This document shows, piece by piece, positions 1 through 13,307 of a stretch of DNA of 64,000 nucleotides; the first letter of the stretch is position 1; each line of letters begins with the position of its first letter. The notes under the pieces were generated by a model, which did no database searches, had not been told where the DNA came from, and saw only the letters and a program-made list of their open reading frames with translations. Source of the DNA: Rikenella microfusus (lineage in GTDB: Bacteria; Bacteroidota; Bacteroidia; Bacteroidales; VadinHA17); the NCBI GenBank assembly GCA_020722575.1, contig DYKN01000013.1, positions 5,649-69,648 on the forward strand, written 5' to 3'. Both the position numbers and the translations under genes were made by a program.

Positions 1-922
1 CATTTAAAATCAAAGGTGAATAGTTTATAAATATAAGTGGTAATGAAAATAGTACGACTTGAATATATGACTTGCAAAACCAAACAAGCAGACTCACAAT
101 CATCAGAATCTGAAGGAAAGGCCAATAAAGATGACTCATTTTTGGAAAAGAAATCACTGGCAACTTGGTTTTTCCCCTGATATCCTTGATCATTGAAGGA
201 AGATCAGTCCACTGACCTGGGAGTATCAGTCTTTCAAAATATGGTATGATCAACATCGTATTTTTCCGTTCAAAAATAGCCCTTTTATATTGTGCTAGCA
301 TACGGTTATATGAGCCAATATCTGAATAAGGTTCAAAAATATTCCTAGTTGGAAAAATCCCTTGTTGGTAATTCCGAACAATATCCTGATCATAGGCAAT
401 CAAATCATTGTTCACCAATATTCCATCTATTCCTTTTTTTATATATCTTTCCTTTAAAAAAACCTGATGTATTCCAGGGATTGAAGGGCTTCTCCGGAAA
501 ATATCCTTTTTAAGCAGTTCTTGTATTGGATAAGCGTATTTTAATTCTACATATGACTTATTCGATCTCATAAGAAGGTATGGAATTTCCCAGTTCATTT
601 CATTACGCAAATAAAGAGGAACCTTCAATACAGTAGAATACATGTCAGTTGAAAGACATGAGATCTCATCTGACAAAAGCATTTCATTGATTGGGATGGG
701 CATATGGATAATGATATCTAAACCAGCAATTTTATTTTTTTTTACATATTGATACAATCTGGAATCCGATATGACAGGAGAGTCTGTTCGAAAATATTTT
801 ATCAGCGTTTCTGCAGTTATGGCAATTTCTGGTTTTATTGTCGAGTGTTCATAAATAAAACGGATAACAAGAAGGGTAATGGCTGATAAGAGAGCGATAA
901 TAATGGAAATTTTTCGAAACAT
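1..922 (-). CDS. Hypothetical exported/membrane-anchored protein, 3' end probably beyond the window start
   Basis: Not in the ORF track. ATG at 922, just after the metG stop, reads MFRKISIIIALLSAITLLVIRFIYEHS... I translated it open for >180 codons. N-terminal hydrophobic segment. Confidence 0.7.
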   Translation of the reverse strand, partial: MFRKISIIIALLSAITLLVIRFIYEHSTIKPEIAITAETLIKYFRTDSPVISDSRLYQYVKKNKIAGLDIIIHMPIPINEMLLSDEISCLSTDMYSTVLKVPLYLRNEMNWEIPYLLMRSNKSYVELKYAYPIQELLKKDIFRRSPSIPGIHQVFLKERYIKKGIDGILVNNDLIAYDQDIVRNYQQGIFPTRNIFEPYSDIGSYNRMLAQYKRAIFERKNTMLIIPYFERLILPGQWTDLPSMIKDIRGKTKLPVISFPKMSHLYWPFLQILMIVSLLVWFCKSYIQVVLFSLPLIFINYSPLILN

Positions 923-927
923 CTTTC

Positions 928-2883
928 TCAGGAAACTGAAGATCCTGGTTTAACACTCCTATCTAATGACAGTAATGATAGTTTATCCCCATCTTTTGCG
1001 GCTAAAATCATTCCTTGTGACATGATGCCTCTCAGTTTGCGAGGTGCAAGGTTTTTAACGATTATTATATTTTTATTTAGAAGCTCATCAGGGCTATAGA
1101 ATTGTGCTATTCCTGCACAGACAGTACGTATTTCCGTTCCAATATCTATTGTTAATTTTAAAAGCTTGTCCGCACCTTCAATTCGTTCAGCATTCTGTAT
1201 ACAACCTACTACAAGCTCTACCTTTTTGAAATCATCTATAGTAATAAGATTTGTTCCTGTCTCATTTTGAACGGATACTGTTTGGGATGAGGTCATAATA
1301 TTAGACTGTGGTTGGACAACGACTGGTGTTTTTTCCATAGGATAAGCTCCTTTAAATTCAATACGAGGAAAAATAGGACTGATATTGCCTATTCTTATTT
1401 TTTCTTTTGTGAATCCAAAAACGACTGCTTTTTCATACAAAATTCCTGTAACACCTTCTGAAACACCCATCTGATGCAATACTTCTTCTGTCTTCTTTGG
1501 CATAAGCGGATGAAGGATAATTGTGGCTATCCGGATTACTTCATAAAGCGTAAAAAGCAATTCTTCCAGATTTTCCCTGTTATTCCCTTTTGCCATTTCC
1601 CAAGGTTTCATATCATCAATAAGCTTGTTACATGCTGATATCACAGTAAAGACCTTTTTGACCAGATCATCAAAACGAAAAGAATCAAACATCAAAGGGA
1701 CTTCTTTTACAAGATGCGCAATATCATTACGAAGGGGTTCAAACAATGAAGTTTGTTTGGTTGGGATGACATATCCATCTGTATAACGTGTAATCATGTT
1801 CAGGATTCTGTTAACAATATTCCCGTATGAATTAGCTAAAAAGGAATTATACTGGCTTTCCAATCTCTCCATAGAAAAATCACTATCTTTCCCAAAAGGA
1901 ATATCTGAAAGAATATAGAAACGAAGAGTATCAGAACCATATTTTTTAACCAATTCAATTGGATCAATAGCATTCCCAAGTGACTTGCCTATTTTTTGTC
2001 CGTTTACCGTAAAAAAACCGTGACCAAAAACATTACGTGGTGGGGGCAAGCCTGCTGAAAGAAGCATCGCAGGCCACATGATCGTATGAAACCTGAAAAT
2101 ATCCTTTCCAACCAGATGTACCGCATGTTTCCAATAATCATTTAAAAGTTCAGATTGTTCCTTATGATAATCAAGTGCAGTCAAGTAATTAATCAGTGCG
2201 TCATACCATACATAAAATACGTGGTCTTGATCAGTAGGTAAAGGGATCCCCCATTTTACTGATGATCTGGAAATACTGACATCTTCAAGTCCATTCTTGA
2301 CAAACTGAATCATTTCATTGCAACGAAATTCAGGTAGTGCAAAATAACCGCTTTCTAGCAGATGTAAAAGCTCATTTTGATAGGAAGAGAGCCTGAAAAA
2401 ATAATTTTCTTCTTCTATAATCTGAGGTTTGATCTTATGGTCAGGGCATACGCCATCGATCAAATCAGAATCCTTGAGAAATTTCTCACAACCGACACAA
2501 TATAATCCCTCATATTTTTTCTTGTATATGTCTCCCTTATTCAAGGACTGTTGGAAAAACTTTTCAACAGTTTTTCTATGCTCAACTGATGTAGTCCTAA
2601 TAAATTTGTCAAAAGTAAGTCCCAGTTCTTTCCATGTCGTATACCATCTCGTAGCCATCCTATCGACATATTGCCTTAACGGAATTCCCTCTCTTTCCGC
2701 AACGGGTAATATCTTTTGACTATTTTCATCAGTACCAGTTACGAAAAGCACATCCTCACCAATAAGTCTGTGATAACGTGCACAAACATCAGCCATCACT
2801 GTACAATAAAAATGACCAACGTGAGGTTTATCATTCACATAATATATAGGGGTCGTTATATAATAATGTTTTTTTTCAGACAT
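928..2883 (-). CDS. metG: Methionine--tRNA ligase with C-terminal tRNA-binding (OB) domain
   Basis: YITTPIYYVN, HVGH, Zn knuckle CVGCE, YVWYDAL, KIGKS (KMSKS-like), C-terminal NLAPRKLRGIMSQGMILAA. Likely start MSEKK at 2883. Confidence 0.97.
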   Translation of the reverse strand: MSEKKHYYITTPIYYVNDKPHVGHFYCTVMADVCARYHRLIGEDVLFVTGTDENSQKILPVAEREGIPLRQYVDRMATRWYTTWKELGLTFDKFIRTTSVEHRKTVEKFFQQSLNKGDIYKKKYEGLYCVGCEKFLKDSDLIDGVCPDHKIKPQIIEEENYFFRLSSYQNELLHLLESGYFALPEFRCNEMIQFVKNGLEDVSISRSSVKWGIPLPTDQDHVFYVWYDALINYLTALDYHKEQSELLNDYWKHAVHLVGKDIFRFHTIMWPAMLLSAGLPPPRNVFGHGFFTVNGQKIGKSLGNAIDPIELVKKYGSDTLRFYILSDIPFGKDSDFSMERLESQYNSFLANSYGNIVNRILNMITRYTDGYVIPTKQTSLFEPLRNDIAHLVKEVPLMFDSFRFDDLVKKVFTVISACNKLIDDMKPWEMAKGNNRENLEELLFTLYEVIRIATIILHPLMPKKTEEVLHQMGVSEGVTGILYEKAVVFGFTKEKIRIGNISPIFPRIEFKGAYPMEKTPVVVQPQSNIMTSSQTVSVQNETGTNLITIDDFKKVELVVGCIQNAERIEGADKLLKLTIDIGTEIRTVCAGIAQFYSPDELLNKNIIIVKNLAPRKLRGIMSQGMILAAKDGDKLSLLSLDRSVKPGSSVS

Positions 2884-2891
2884 TGAAAACC

Positions 2892-3728
2892 TCATTTCTT
2901 GATTGCAGACAAAGGGATCTCCAAAAAGGAGTCAGTCTCTAATCTTACCAACACGGTTCCCTTGATGACATTAAAGTCTTTTACTATGGCCTTATATTCT
3001 GAAGGTCCGTTTTCAATTGGAAGATCCTTATCGACAAATTCAGCTGTAACACGGATCATGGATTCCACTCTGGGAAAATCCTTTATCAACAAATTATACA
3101 TCTGGTTTTCATGTGTCAAACAGCAAAGCAGACGACCACAGATTCCGGAAATCTTATTGACATTCATTGACAAATTCTGGTCTTTTGCCGCTTTCATTGT
3201 AACAGCATCAAAATTGACCCTCATCCTATGACAACAGACCTCCATTCCACAGACACCTAAACCACCTTCCATTTTGGTAGTATCTCTAGGCCCGACTTGA
3301 CGGAGTTCTATCCGTGTTCTAAACGATCCTGCAAGATCCTTCACAAGTTCCCTGAAATCAACCCTGTTTTCTGAATAAAAAAAGAACAGAAGTTTAGTCT
3401 TATCAAAAAGATAATGAGCACGAAAAACTTTCATCTGCAATTTATGCTCTTCCACTTTTTTTTTGATGATGTTCAGTGCATCGTTTTCATCTGCCTTGTA
3501 TTTCTTTAATTTGTCAAAATCTTCAGGATTTGCCAGTCGTATAAGATGATAATCTGTTTTCCTATGGCATTTTGCCTCTTCAACCGATTCTACAACGATT
3601 TTTGCCATATCGTCACCGAATTCAGTTGAAATGATCGCCCAATGATTCTTGTGCCCTATGGGTTCCTTGGTTTTTACAAATCGAATGAGCGGGTCATATT
3701 CAACTCTGACACCGACATAGTATTGCAT
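2892..3728 (-). CDS. ricT: PSP1/RicT (YaaT) family Fe-S regulatory protein
   Basis: RVDFRELVKDLA, RIELRQVG, CGMEVCC and CGRLLCCL motifs; lies between holB and metG. Confidence 0.9.
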   Translation of the reverse strand: MQYYVGVRVEYDPLIRFVKTKEPIGHKNHWAIISTEFGDDMAKIVVESVEEAKCHRKTDYHLIRLANPEDFDKLKKYKADENDALNIIKKKVEEHKLQMKVFRAHYLFDKTKLLFFFYSENRVDFRELVKDLAGSFRTRIELRQVGPRDTTKMEGGLGVCGMEVCCHRMRVNFDAVTMKAAKDQNLSMNVNKISGICGRLLCCLTHENQMYNLLIKDFPRVESMIRVTAEFVDKDLPIENGPSEYKAIVKDFNVIKGTVLVRLETDSFLEIPLSAIKK

Positions 3729-4750
3729 CAGGGATTCTCCTGTTCCTTTTCAATGATTTTCCGCATTTCCAAGATCAAATATTCGATGGCTAATCTTAAA
3801 TTGATATTGAAAACAAGGTCTTTTCTGACTGTCTCAATCAGCTCCATAATACGAAACACTGAGTTTGCTTTGATTGAAATCAGACGACCGGAAGCTACAT
3901 ACATTTTCTTCGCTTCCACTCCTGAATTCAAGACAAGGACATCACGCCAATAGAGATATAATATATCCAATAATTTCGGAAAAATCAATTTTTCCTTATC
4001 CTGTCTCTTATCGAACACTTCACACGTAGACAATAGCATTTCAGGATCCAGTTCCGAGGCTTCCAACAGTTTTATGACTGAATCAGAAATCTCTTTCAGT
4101 TCAGCATAACTGGTATCATCTGAAAGTTCAAGAGCCGTCTTAAGACTTCCTGAAGCCAGCAGAGAGACTTCAGAAGCCTTAGTCGCCTCAATGGAATGAT
4201 TTTGTTGGAGTATCAGACTGATATCTTCAGGTTGAAGAGGTTTCAATCGCACTCGTACACACCTGGATTTGATAGTTGAAAGCATCTCATTAAGATTTGA
4301 AACAATGAGGATGATATGTGTGTTTTTGGGTGGCTCTTCTAACGTCTTCAAAATGGCATTGGCAGCCTCATTCGTCATGTTTTCAGCATTATTGATGATT
4401 AAGACTTTTGATTCTGATTCAAAAGCTTTTAGGTTCAAGGTCTGAATGAGCATCCTGATTTCATCAATTTTGATGATTTTTGATCCTTCGTCCAGTATAA
4501 GGATATCAGGATGGTTTCCAACGACAGCTTTCCTGCATGAAGGACATTGCATATTTCCAAAAGTCTCTTCCTGAAAATACTTGCAGTGGAGAGCCCTGGC
4601 AAATCTTTGTGCAATTAAGAATTTTCCTACACCTTCCGGACCATAAAACATTAAGGCTGAAGGAATCATTTTTTTTGTTACAAAGTGATTCAACAAAGAA
4701 ATACAGTCTTTTTGACCTTCAATCCCTGTAAAAAAATCATTGAACAGCAT
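3728..4750 (-). CDS. holB: DNA polymerase III subunit delta'
   Basis: GPEGVGK, Cys cluster, HPD, AANAILKTLEEPP, TIKSRC. Confidence 0.93.
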   Translation of the reverse strand: MLFNDFFTGIEGQKDCISLLNHFVTKKMIPSALMFYGPEGVGKFLIAQRFARALHCKYFQEETFGNMQCPSCRKAVVGNHPDILILDEGSKIIKIDEIRMLIQTLNLKAFESESKVLIINNAENMTNEAANAILKTLEEPPKNTHIILIVSNLNEMLSTIKSRCVRVRLKPLQPEDISLILQQNHSIEATKASEVSLLASGSLKTALELSDDTSYAELKEISDSVIKLLEASELDPEMLLSTCEVFDKRQDKEKLIFPKLLDILYLYWRDVLVLNSGVEAKKMYVASGRLISIKANSVFRIMELIETVRKDLVFNINLRLAIEYLILEMRKIIEKEQENP

Positions 4751-4752
4751 AC

Positions 4753-5253
4753 TTATCCCCGCATATCCAATAAAAGTCCTCTTATTTCAGACAATCGCGC
4801 TGCCAGATTCAAAGCTTTTCCCTGCTGTTGTATGATGAGCAGTGACAACTCATTCATTTTTTTATCGATAATTTTTACCAGTTTTGTTGGAGGAAGAGAT
4901 TGCATTGTTCCTGTCTGCCTATTGCGTATGGTTCTCCCTTCCTTTTTTTCACAGGTCATTGTTTCATGAACAGCCTTATCTATGAATTGTCTGACAATCA
5001 CTTTGTATTTCACCAATTCTTCCAGTCCTGGTTTTTGCATAAACCGTTTTCCCTGTTTATCCATTTCATTGATTAGCTCGTTGAATGACGCATCCTCCAT
5101 ATTGTCCGTACCAACCCCTTGAATATTCAATTCATCAAGAAAAGAGGTTGAACGGGTAGACACTTTTTCTACAGTAAAAACACCACTTTTTTTGGGTTTC
5201 AGCTTATATTGATCCCTAATTTTAGGCTGTTCAGGTTTTCCGACTTCAATCAT
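4753..5253 (-). CDS. YaaR/DUF327 family protein
   Basis: YKVIVRQFI and EIRGLLLDM C-terminal motifs; between tmk and holB. ATG at 5253 overlaps the tmk stop. Confidence 0.8.
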   Translation of the reverse strand: MIEVGKPEQPKIRDQYKLKPKKSGVFTVEKVSTRSTSFLDELNIQGVGTDNMEDASFNELINEMDKQGKRFMQKPGLEELVKYKVIVRQFIDKAVHETMTCEKKEGRTIRNRQTGTMQSLPPTKLVKIIDKKMNELSLLIIQQQGKALNLAARLSEIRGLLLDMRG

Positions 5254-5900
5254 AATTCTAAACCTGACCAATTTGTAAATTTTTCAATAATACGTGCATG
5301 AACATCCTCTATTGTCCCATTCGCATCAACAATAAGAAAACGATCAGGTTCAGCTGACGCCAATTCCAGATAAACTTTTCTGACTCGTTCATGAAAATCC
5401 AATGTTTGTTGCTCAATCCTGTCACCATTTTCCTCATTAAACTCTTTCCTGTTCTTTCTAGCGCGGAGCAGACCGGTTGAGGCATCTATATCAAGCAGAA
5501 TAGTAATATCAGGTACAAGTTTATAACAGGCATATTCATTTAATTGTCTTAACAAATCCAGTTCAATTCCCCTTCCACCGCCTTGATACGCATAGGTTGC
5601 ATCAGAATATCTATCTGAAATAACGATAATGCCTTCTTCAAGTTTTGGCAGTATCAATTCTTCAACATGCTGGGCACGATCTGCAAAATATAGGAAAAGC
5701 TCAGCGCGAGTGACAAGCCGTTGGTTCTCTGGATTCAATATGATCTGTCTAAAATTTTGCCCCAATGCGGTTCCCCCTGGTTCACGAGTTAGACAGACTT
5801 TCTTCCCTAGTGATTCAAGATATGTGGACAAAAGTCCGGCTTGCGTAGATTTTCCAGTACCTTCACAGCCTTCAAAAGTGATAAACATTGTTTTTGGCAT
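5250..5900 (-). CDS. tmk: Thymidylate kinase
   Basis: FITFEGCEGTGKST, TREPGGT, SDRY, AYQGGGRG. Confidence 0.97.
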   Translation of the reverse strand: MPKTMFITFEGCEGTGKSTQAGLLSTYLESLGKKVCLTREPGGTALGQNFRQIILNPENQRLVTRAELFLYFADRAQHVEELILPKLEEGIIVISDRYSDATYAYQGGGRGIELDLLRQLNEYACYKLVPDITILLDIDASTGLLRARKNRKEFNEENGDRIEQQTLDFHERVRKVYLELASAEPDRFLIVDANGTIEDVHARIIEKFTNWSGLEL

Positions 5901-5975
5901 GTTATAATATACACATTTCTTGGGATTTTTCTATTTTATATTTTTAGAAAATTCAAAAGATCATTTAGAAGAAAA

Positions 5976-6956
5976 TCATTTCATCCTAATAATGTATGGC
6001 CAAGGATCAACAGCAGTCGTCCCAATCCGTATTTCATAATGCAGATGATAGCCAGTAGCGAGTCCTGTTTTGCCTACATAAGCGATAACCTGACCTTTCT
6101 TGACTCTTTGCCCGATTCCAGCTTTAAGCCGAAGACAATGACCGTATCTGGTAGAAAAACCATAAGCGTGGTTAATAATAAGATAATTGCCTAATTCTGA
6201 ATTAAATCCACCAGATTGTACAATACCATCAGCCGTTGCGACAATGGGAGCTCCCGCATAAATGGCAATATCCAATCCCAAGTGAAATTCTGGACGTTTT
6301 TTAATGGGGTGTTCCCGCCATCCGAATTCACTGGAAACATATCCACCTTCTGGAATTGGCCATAACGTAGGAAGCTTGTCCAAAATATCTTTTTGTAATG
6401 CTATATAATCATTCATTTTACTGATTACATCTTTTGTAATGGACAGATCATGTTCAATGTTCCTCAATTTCATATCTATTTCAGAATCGGGCTTCCCTGG
6501 GAAAAGAACATCATTTGATAAAGAGAGGTTCTGTACCAGAGTGGCCCCTCCCATTCCCCAAACGTCAAACCGTTTTCTTTTGTCATTTTGTGCCAAACAC
6601 ATCATTCTGGATACTTCCGGTTTTAAGGCATTGATACTTGCCTGAAACCTATATACTTGTTTTTCAAAAATCTTCTTTTCATTAATGAATTTAGACTCAT
6701 TGTCCTTGAATTTCGAATAATCTTCTGTAAATGTTGAACGATTCAATAATAAAACTGCGTTTATCGTGACAATCATCAGAACTAATGCTATAGACAGATA
6801 AATTGCTGAATATGGGATATGAAGGGTTTTAATATGCTCTTCAGTGGCTGGAACGAGTAAAACAGTGATTCGTTCCTTTCCTTTTTGATGTATTTTTGAG
6901 AAGAAAGATTTAATGGCAATGGACCACTTATATATGCTTACTACCAAGTTCTTCAT
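5976..6956 (-). CDS. M23 family metallopeptidase with N-terminal TM and coiled coil
   Basis: HLGLD, YGH and HLHYE zinc motifs; TM segment near the N-terminus. Confidence 0.92.
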   Translation of the reverse strand: MKNLVVSIYKWSIAIKSFFSKIHQKGKERITVLLVPATEEHIKTLHIPYSAIYLSIALVLMIVTINAVLLLNRSTFTEDYSKFKDNESKFINEKKIFEKQVYRFQASINALKPEVSRMMCLAQNDKRKRFDVWGMGGATLVQNLSLSNDVLFPGKPDSEIDMKLRNIEHDLSITKDVISKMNDYIALQKDILDKLPTLWPIPEGGYVSSEFGWREHPIKKRPEFHLGLDIAIYAGAPIVATADGIVQSGGFNSELGNYLIINHAYGFSTRYGHCLRLKAGIGQRVKKGQVIAYVGKTGLATGYHLHYEIRIGTTAVDPWPYIIRMK

Positions 6957-7067
6957 AAAATATCATATTCTCTTTTGAACATCTGATCAAACCTATACAA
7001 GAAATCGTCATCGGATTATAACATATATTTATATCGTCATTTATAAATAAAAAAACAAGGATGGTCA

Positions 7068-9856
<2,789 letters not shown>

Positions 9857-9883
9857 CTAAAATTTCTATTTGTATTTAATATA

Positions 9884-11098
9884 TCAATTTAAAGGTTCAT
9901 ATTCAACTATGCCAGATTTCCCTAAAAACTGATTATTTTCTAATACTAAAAGTGGACATCCAGCGCATGCTTTCTTACAATGTTTCCTATCTAAATATAG
10001 AAAACCTTGTTCCAATTGCTCTCCCATTCTTATCGTCTTTTCCAAAAAGATAGATTTCCATTTATTGACAACCCTGTTATCTTCATATCCAGGCATCTTC
10101 TTATAATAAGCCATGACATCCCTTTTCCAGATAGGGAAATATGTCATAATAACCGGAATCATCACATTCACAAGGAGAAGCCCCGCATATGCTACGGAAA
10201 ACCCAGATTCCCTGAAAGCCCCATCCATTTTTGCAAACCAACTTTCTGGAAACGCAGTTTTCCTGGAATACAAATCTTCTAATTCATACAATAAATCCAT
10301 ACATATCCCACTTTCAAACAATTCAAACGATTTCTTGAACCTATTCAAAGGATAGTTAACTGGTCTTATTCCACAGAACCTCCTTTTAACTGGTGCTTCC
10401 AATAGATACCCTTTTAATTTGATCAATCCTTGTGTTGGATTTAAAACGAATTCCTTCCAATCCACCATCTCTGAGATGTTTATGAAATCATCAAAATGAT
10501 GGGGCTTCCCTAAAAAAAGAAACAACTGCCTACAAAAAGACTCCTTAAAAGTTAACCGAAAGGAATCCAAATGTTTGATAAACTTTGCTTTTAATATCAT
10601 CCTTTTAGCACCCATAAGAAGAAGTTTGTCAGATATTCTTGAAAATTCATACACTTCCCTTGAAAAAAGCTTGTGACATGGCATAAAAGCTGACATTAAT
10701 TTACGGTCATATTCAGTCTTTTTTTTTATCTTTAATTCGCGTATTGAATCCAAAATTTCAGGATTGATAACTGAATACATAATACGTTTACCTTCAGAAT
10801 TCTCTAGTCTTAAAGGGTGATGATCCGCATATACGCAAATCTGTAAAATGACATTATTAAAGACTGGATTCTTATAATGACCATGTTTAAACCAGTTTGA
10901 GGAGTTAACATCAAATTCAATGTCACCTTCCAAAATATCCTCACCTATTTTCAATAAACAATGCGTAAAATCTGGACCAGACCGAGGATTAAAATCACCA
11001 ATTTTCAAGATTCTGATAGACCTCATGTAACTATCACTTATAATAGATGTTATATTAAACATCTTGAAAAACCTATTAATCATGCTTATTTCATCCAT
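9884..11098 (-). CDS. DUF2851 family protein
   Basis: GDFN..SGPDF, EGDIE, W..HGH..NP.FNNVIL, RP.NYP..R and C-terminal C...C..C match my recollection of DUF2851. Confidence 0.75.
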   Translation of the reverse strand: MDEISMINRFFKMFNITSIISDSYMRSIRILKIGDFNPRSGPDFTHCLLKIGEDILEGDIEFDVNSSNWFKHGHYKNPVFNNVILQICVYADHHPLRLENSEGKRIMYSVINPEILDSIRELKIKKKTEYDRKLMSAFMPCHKLFSREVYEFSRISDKLLLMGAKRMILKAKFIKHLDSFRLTFKESFCRQLFLFLGKPHHFDDFINISEMVDWKEFVLNPTQGLIKLKGYLLEAPVKRRFCGIRPVNYPLNRFKKSFELFESGICMDLLYELEDLYSRKTAFPESWFAKMDGAFRESGFSVAYAGLLLVNVMIPVIMTYFPIWKRDVMAYYKKMPGYEDNRVVNKWKSIFLEKTIRMGEQLEQGFLYLDRKHCKKACAGCPLLVLENNQFLGKSGIVEYEPLN

Positions 11099-11205
11099 TT
11101 CACAGCTCCTAAAGATATTTTTTTTTGTGGAAAAAACAGAATATGATCTATATTATAAATGCTCACTATATGTAACAAGTGGAACTCTACAAATGTTCCA
11201 TTAAT

Positions 11206-11232
11206 TAAAATATTAAGGATTTTTTCCGATAA
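11206..11232 (+). promoter_or_regulatory. Putative sigma28 (FliA) promoter upstream of the sigma factor gene
   Basis: TAAA-N15-TCCGATAA versus consensus TAAA-N15-GCCGATAA. Confidence 0.6.
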
Positions 11233-11304
11233 TTAGCATTATCTCTGGATTAAAAGAGTGTGATTTCATATTGGCATCGTAGATAAAAGACTATAACGAG
11301 TAAA

Positions 11305-12456
11305 ATGAGTGCATACAATGAGGAGCTTCATGAAATGAAAAAATCGAAAACAAAGAAAAAAGATGAAAAAATCAAAATAAAAAAAACCGGAAAAATCAAA
11401 GAGACAGATGAAAAATATGTAAAAGATGATGACCTTGACGAAGGGGAAAGCGAAGAGACCTCCTATTTTCTAGGAGAACCTACAAGTGGTGCTGAAGAAG
11501 AAACACAAGAAGAAGAATTCAAGGATGATGAGACTATAGAAAAAGATATCATGATGAATGACATGATTCATCTTGATAATCGTGCAGAAGAAGATGAGCT
11601 TCTCGATCTTTCGGAAACCCTTACAGTCAATGACAATACCTTGTCACTATATCTTTCTGAAATAAACAAGATATCCTTGCTGACACGCGAAGAAGAAAAT
11701 TATCTAGCGAGAAGATCTGCTTTGAATGATGAACGTGCAAAAGAAAGGCTTATCACGGCAAACTTGAGATTTGTTGTAAGTGTGGCAAAAAAATACCAGG
11801 TGAGTGGCGTATCACTCCTCGATCTGATCAATGAAGGAAACCTAGGGCTTATCAAAGCTGTTGAAAAATTTGATTATACAAAAGGATTCCATTTCATTTC
11901 ATACGCTGTCTGGTGGATCAAACAGTCTATTTTAAAAGCTATAGCAGAAAAATCAAGACTTGTTCGTCTTCCCCTGAACAGGGCCAATGAACTTAAAAAG
12001 ATTGAAGATAATATCTCCTCCCTTTCTTCTAACCTAAATCGCCTTCCTTCCATCGCTGAAATTGCGGAAGACCTGGACATGGAAGATGGCGACGTATCAC
12101 ATCTCCTGAACCTGGCTCAGTCGCATATATCCATAGACAGCCCTATCAGTCATGACAACAGCAAATCATTTATCGAAGTCATACGCAACTGCAATGCAGA
12201 TATTCCTGAGAAAAAGATGGAATTTAAATCCCTGCAAGATACTTTAGACAAGGTATTAGGAACACTTTCAAAAAAAGAGAAGACTATTCTTGAACATAGA
12301 TATGGTATTTCCGGGAAACCCAAGCTCTCATTAGAAAAAATAGGGAAAAAATTCAGTCTTTCAAAAGAGCGCATCAGACAAATTGAAAAAAGCGCCATAC
12401 GAAAACTGAAACGATCCACACGCAAGGAAAAACTCAAGGATTTCTTCCTTCCCTGA
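11305..12456 (+). CDS. RpoD/RpoS-family sigma70 factor with long acidic N-terminus
   Basis: Region 1.2 YLSEI, region 2 ANLRFVVSVAKKY and SYAVWWIKQSI, region 4 LSKERIRQIE. Confidence 0.93.
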   Translation: MSAYNEELHEMKKSKTKKKDEKIKIKKTGKIKETDEKYVKDDDLDEGESEETSYFLGEPTSGAEEETQEEEFKDDETIEKDIMMNDMIHLDNRAEEDELLDLSETLTVNDNTLSLYLSEINKISLLTREEENYLARRSALNDERAKERLITANLRFVVSVAKKYQVSGVSLLDLINEGNLGLIKAVEKFDYTKGFHFISYAVWWIKQSILKAIAEKSRLVRLPLNRANELKKIEDNISSLSSNLNRLPSIAEIAEDLDMEDGDVSHLLNLAQSHISIDSPISHDNSKSFIEVIRNCNADIPEKKMEFKSLQDTLDKVLGTLSKKEKTILEHRYGISGKPKLSLEKIGKKFSLSKERIRQIEKSAIRKLKRSTRKEKLKDFFLP

Positions 12457-12503
12457 TTTTTCTCTTTTTTTTCTCATCATAAAACATTCAAAAAGGAGAA
12501 AAC

Positions 12504-13307
12504 ATGTCTGATTCAGTCTTATTTATTGGTTCTGGGAATATGGGTTCTGCTATCATCAAAGGCTGTGTGAATAGCAAACTCCTGGACCCATCTGATATCA
12601 GTGTCTATGACAAAGATCCGGTGAAAACTTCAAAACTCGGCATAGAAAATCTAAATATCCTGACAGAACTTTCACTGGTAGAAACATATTCAGCCATTCT
12701 CATTGCAGTAAAACCGAAAGATATGGATTCTGTGCTCACAGAACTTTCAAAGTCAAAAACAAATCAAGGGATCATTATTTCAATAGTAGCAGGTATCACG
12801 ATTCGCCATATTTCTCAAATCCTTGGGACAGAAAAACCTATAGCCCGGGTTATGCCAAACATGAATGCGTTGATTTCTGCAGGTATGAATGTCATAGCCT
12901 ACAATAAGTCTGTCGATGAAAAAAAGCGGGAACTGACAAAAGCTATTTTCAAGTCAGTCGGTGAAATCCTTGAAACGGATGAATCTAAAATGAATGCTGT
13001 AACTGGGCTTTCAGGATCAGGTCCTGCTTTTGTCTTTATGTTCATACAAGCTCTTGCTGATGGCGGTGTCAAGGTAGGACTTTCCCGTGATGAGGCTCTT
13101 TTACTTGCGACAGAAACTGTGCTGGGGTCAGCAAAAACCGTCAAATATTCAGGTATTCATCCTGAAAAACTGAAGGATATGGTCGCTTCTCCCGGCGGGA
13201 CAACCATTGAAGGAATCCATATACTTGAACAGAATAAATTCAGAGGACTGATAATGGAAGCTGTCGAAGTTGCAAAAAACAAAGCTGATGTGCTAGGAGA
13301 AAAATAA
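12504..13307 (+). CDS. proC: Pyrroline-5-carboxylate reductase
   Basis: FIGSGNMG, RVMPN, SGSGPAF, SPGGTT. Confidence 0.97.
   Translation: MSDSVLFIGSGNMGSAIIKGCVNSKLLDPSDISVYDKDPVKTSKLGIENLNILTELSLVETYSAILIAVKPKDMDSVLTELSKSKTNQGIIISIVAGITIRHISQILGTEKPIARVMPNMNALISAGMNVIAYNKSVDEKKRELTKAIFKSVGEILETDESKMNAVTGLSGSGPAFVFMFIQALADGGVKVGLSRDEALLLATETVLGSAKTVKYSGIHPEKLKDMVASPGGTTIEGIHILEQNKFRGLIMEAVEVAKNKADVLGEK

Noticed and set aside
11233-11262. TTAGCA...GAGTG resembling CIRCE
   Set aside because: Spacing and right arm do not fit TTAGCACTC-N9-GAGTGCTAA.
11271-11288. TTGGCA upstream of the sigma gene as a Borrelia-rpoS-like sigma54 promoter
   Set aside because: There is no GC at the -12 position (GG-N10 is not followed by GC).
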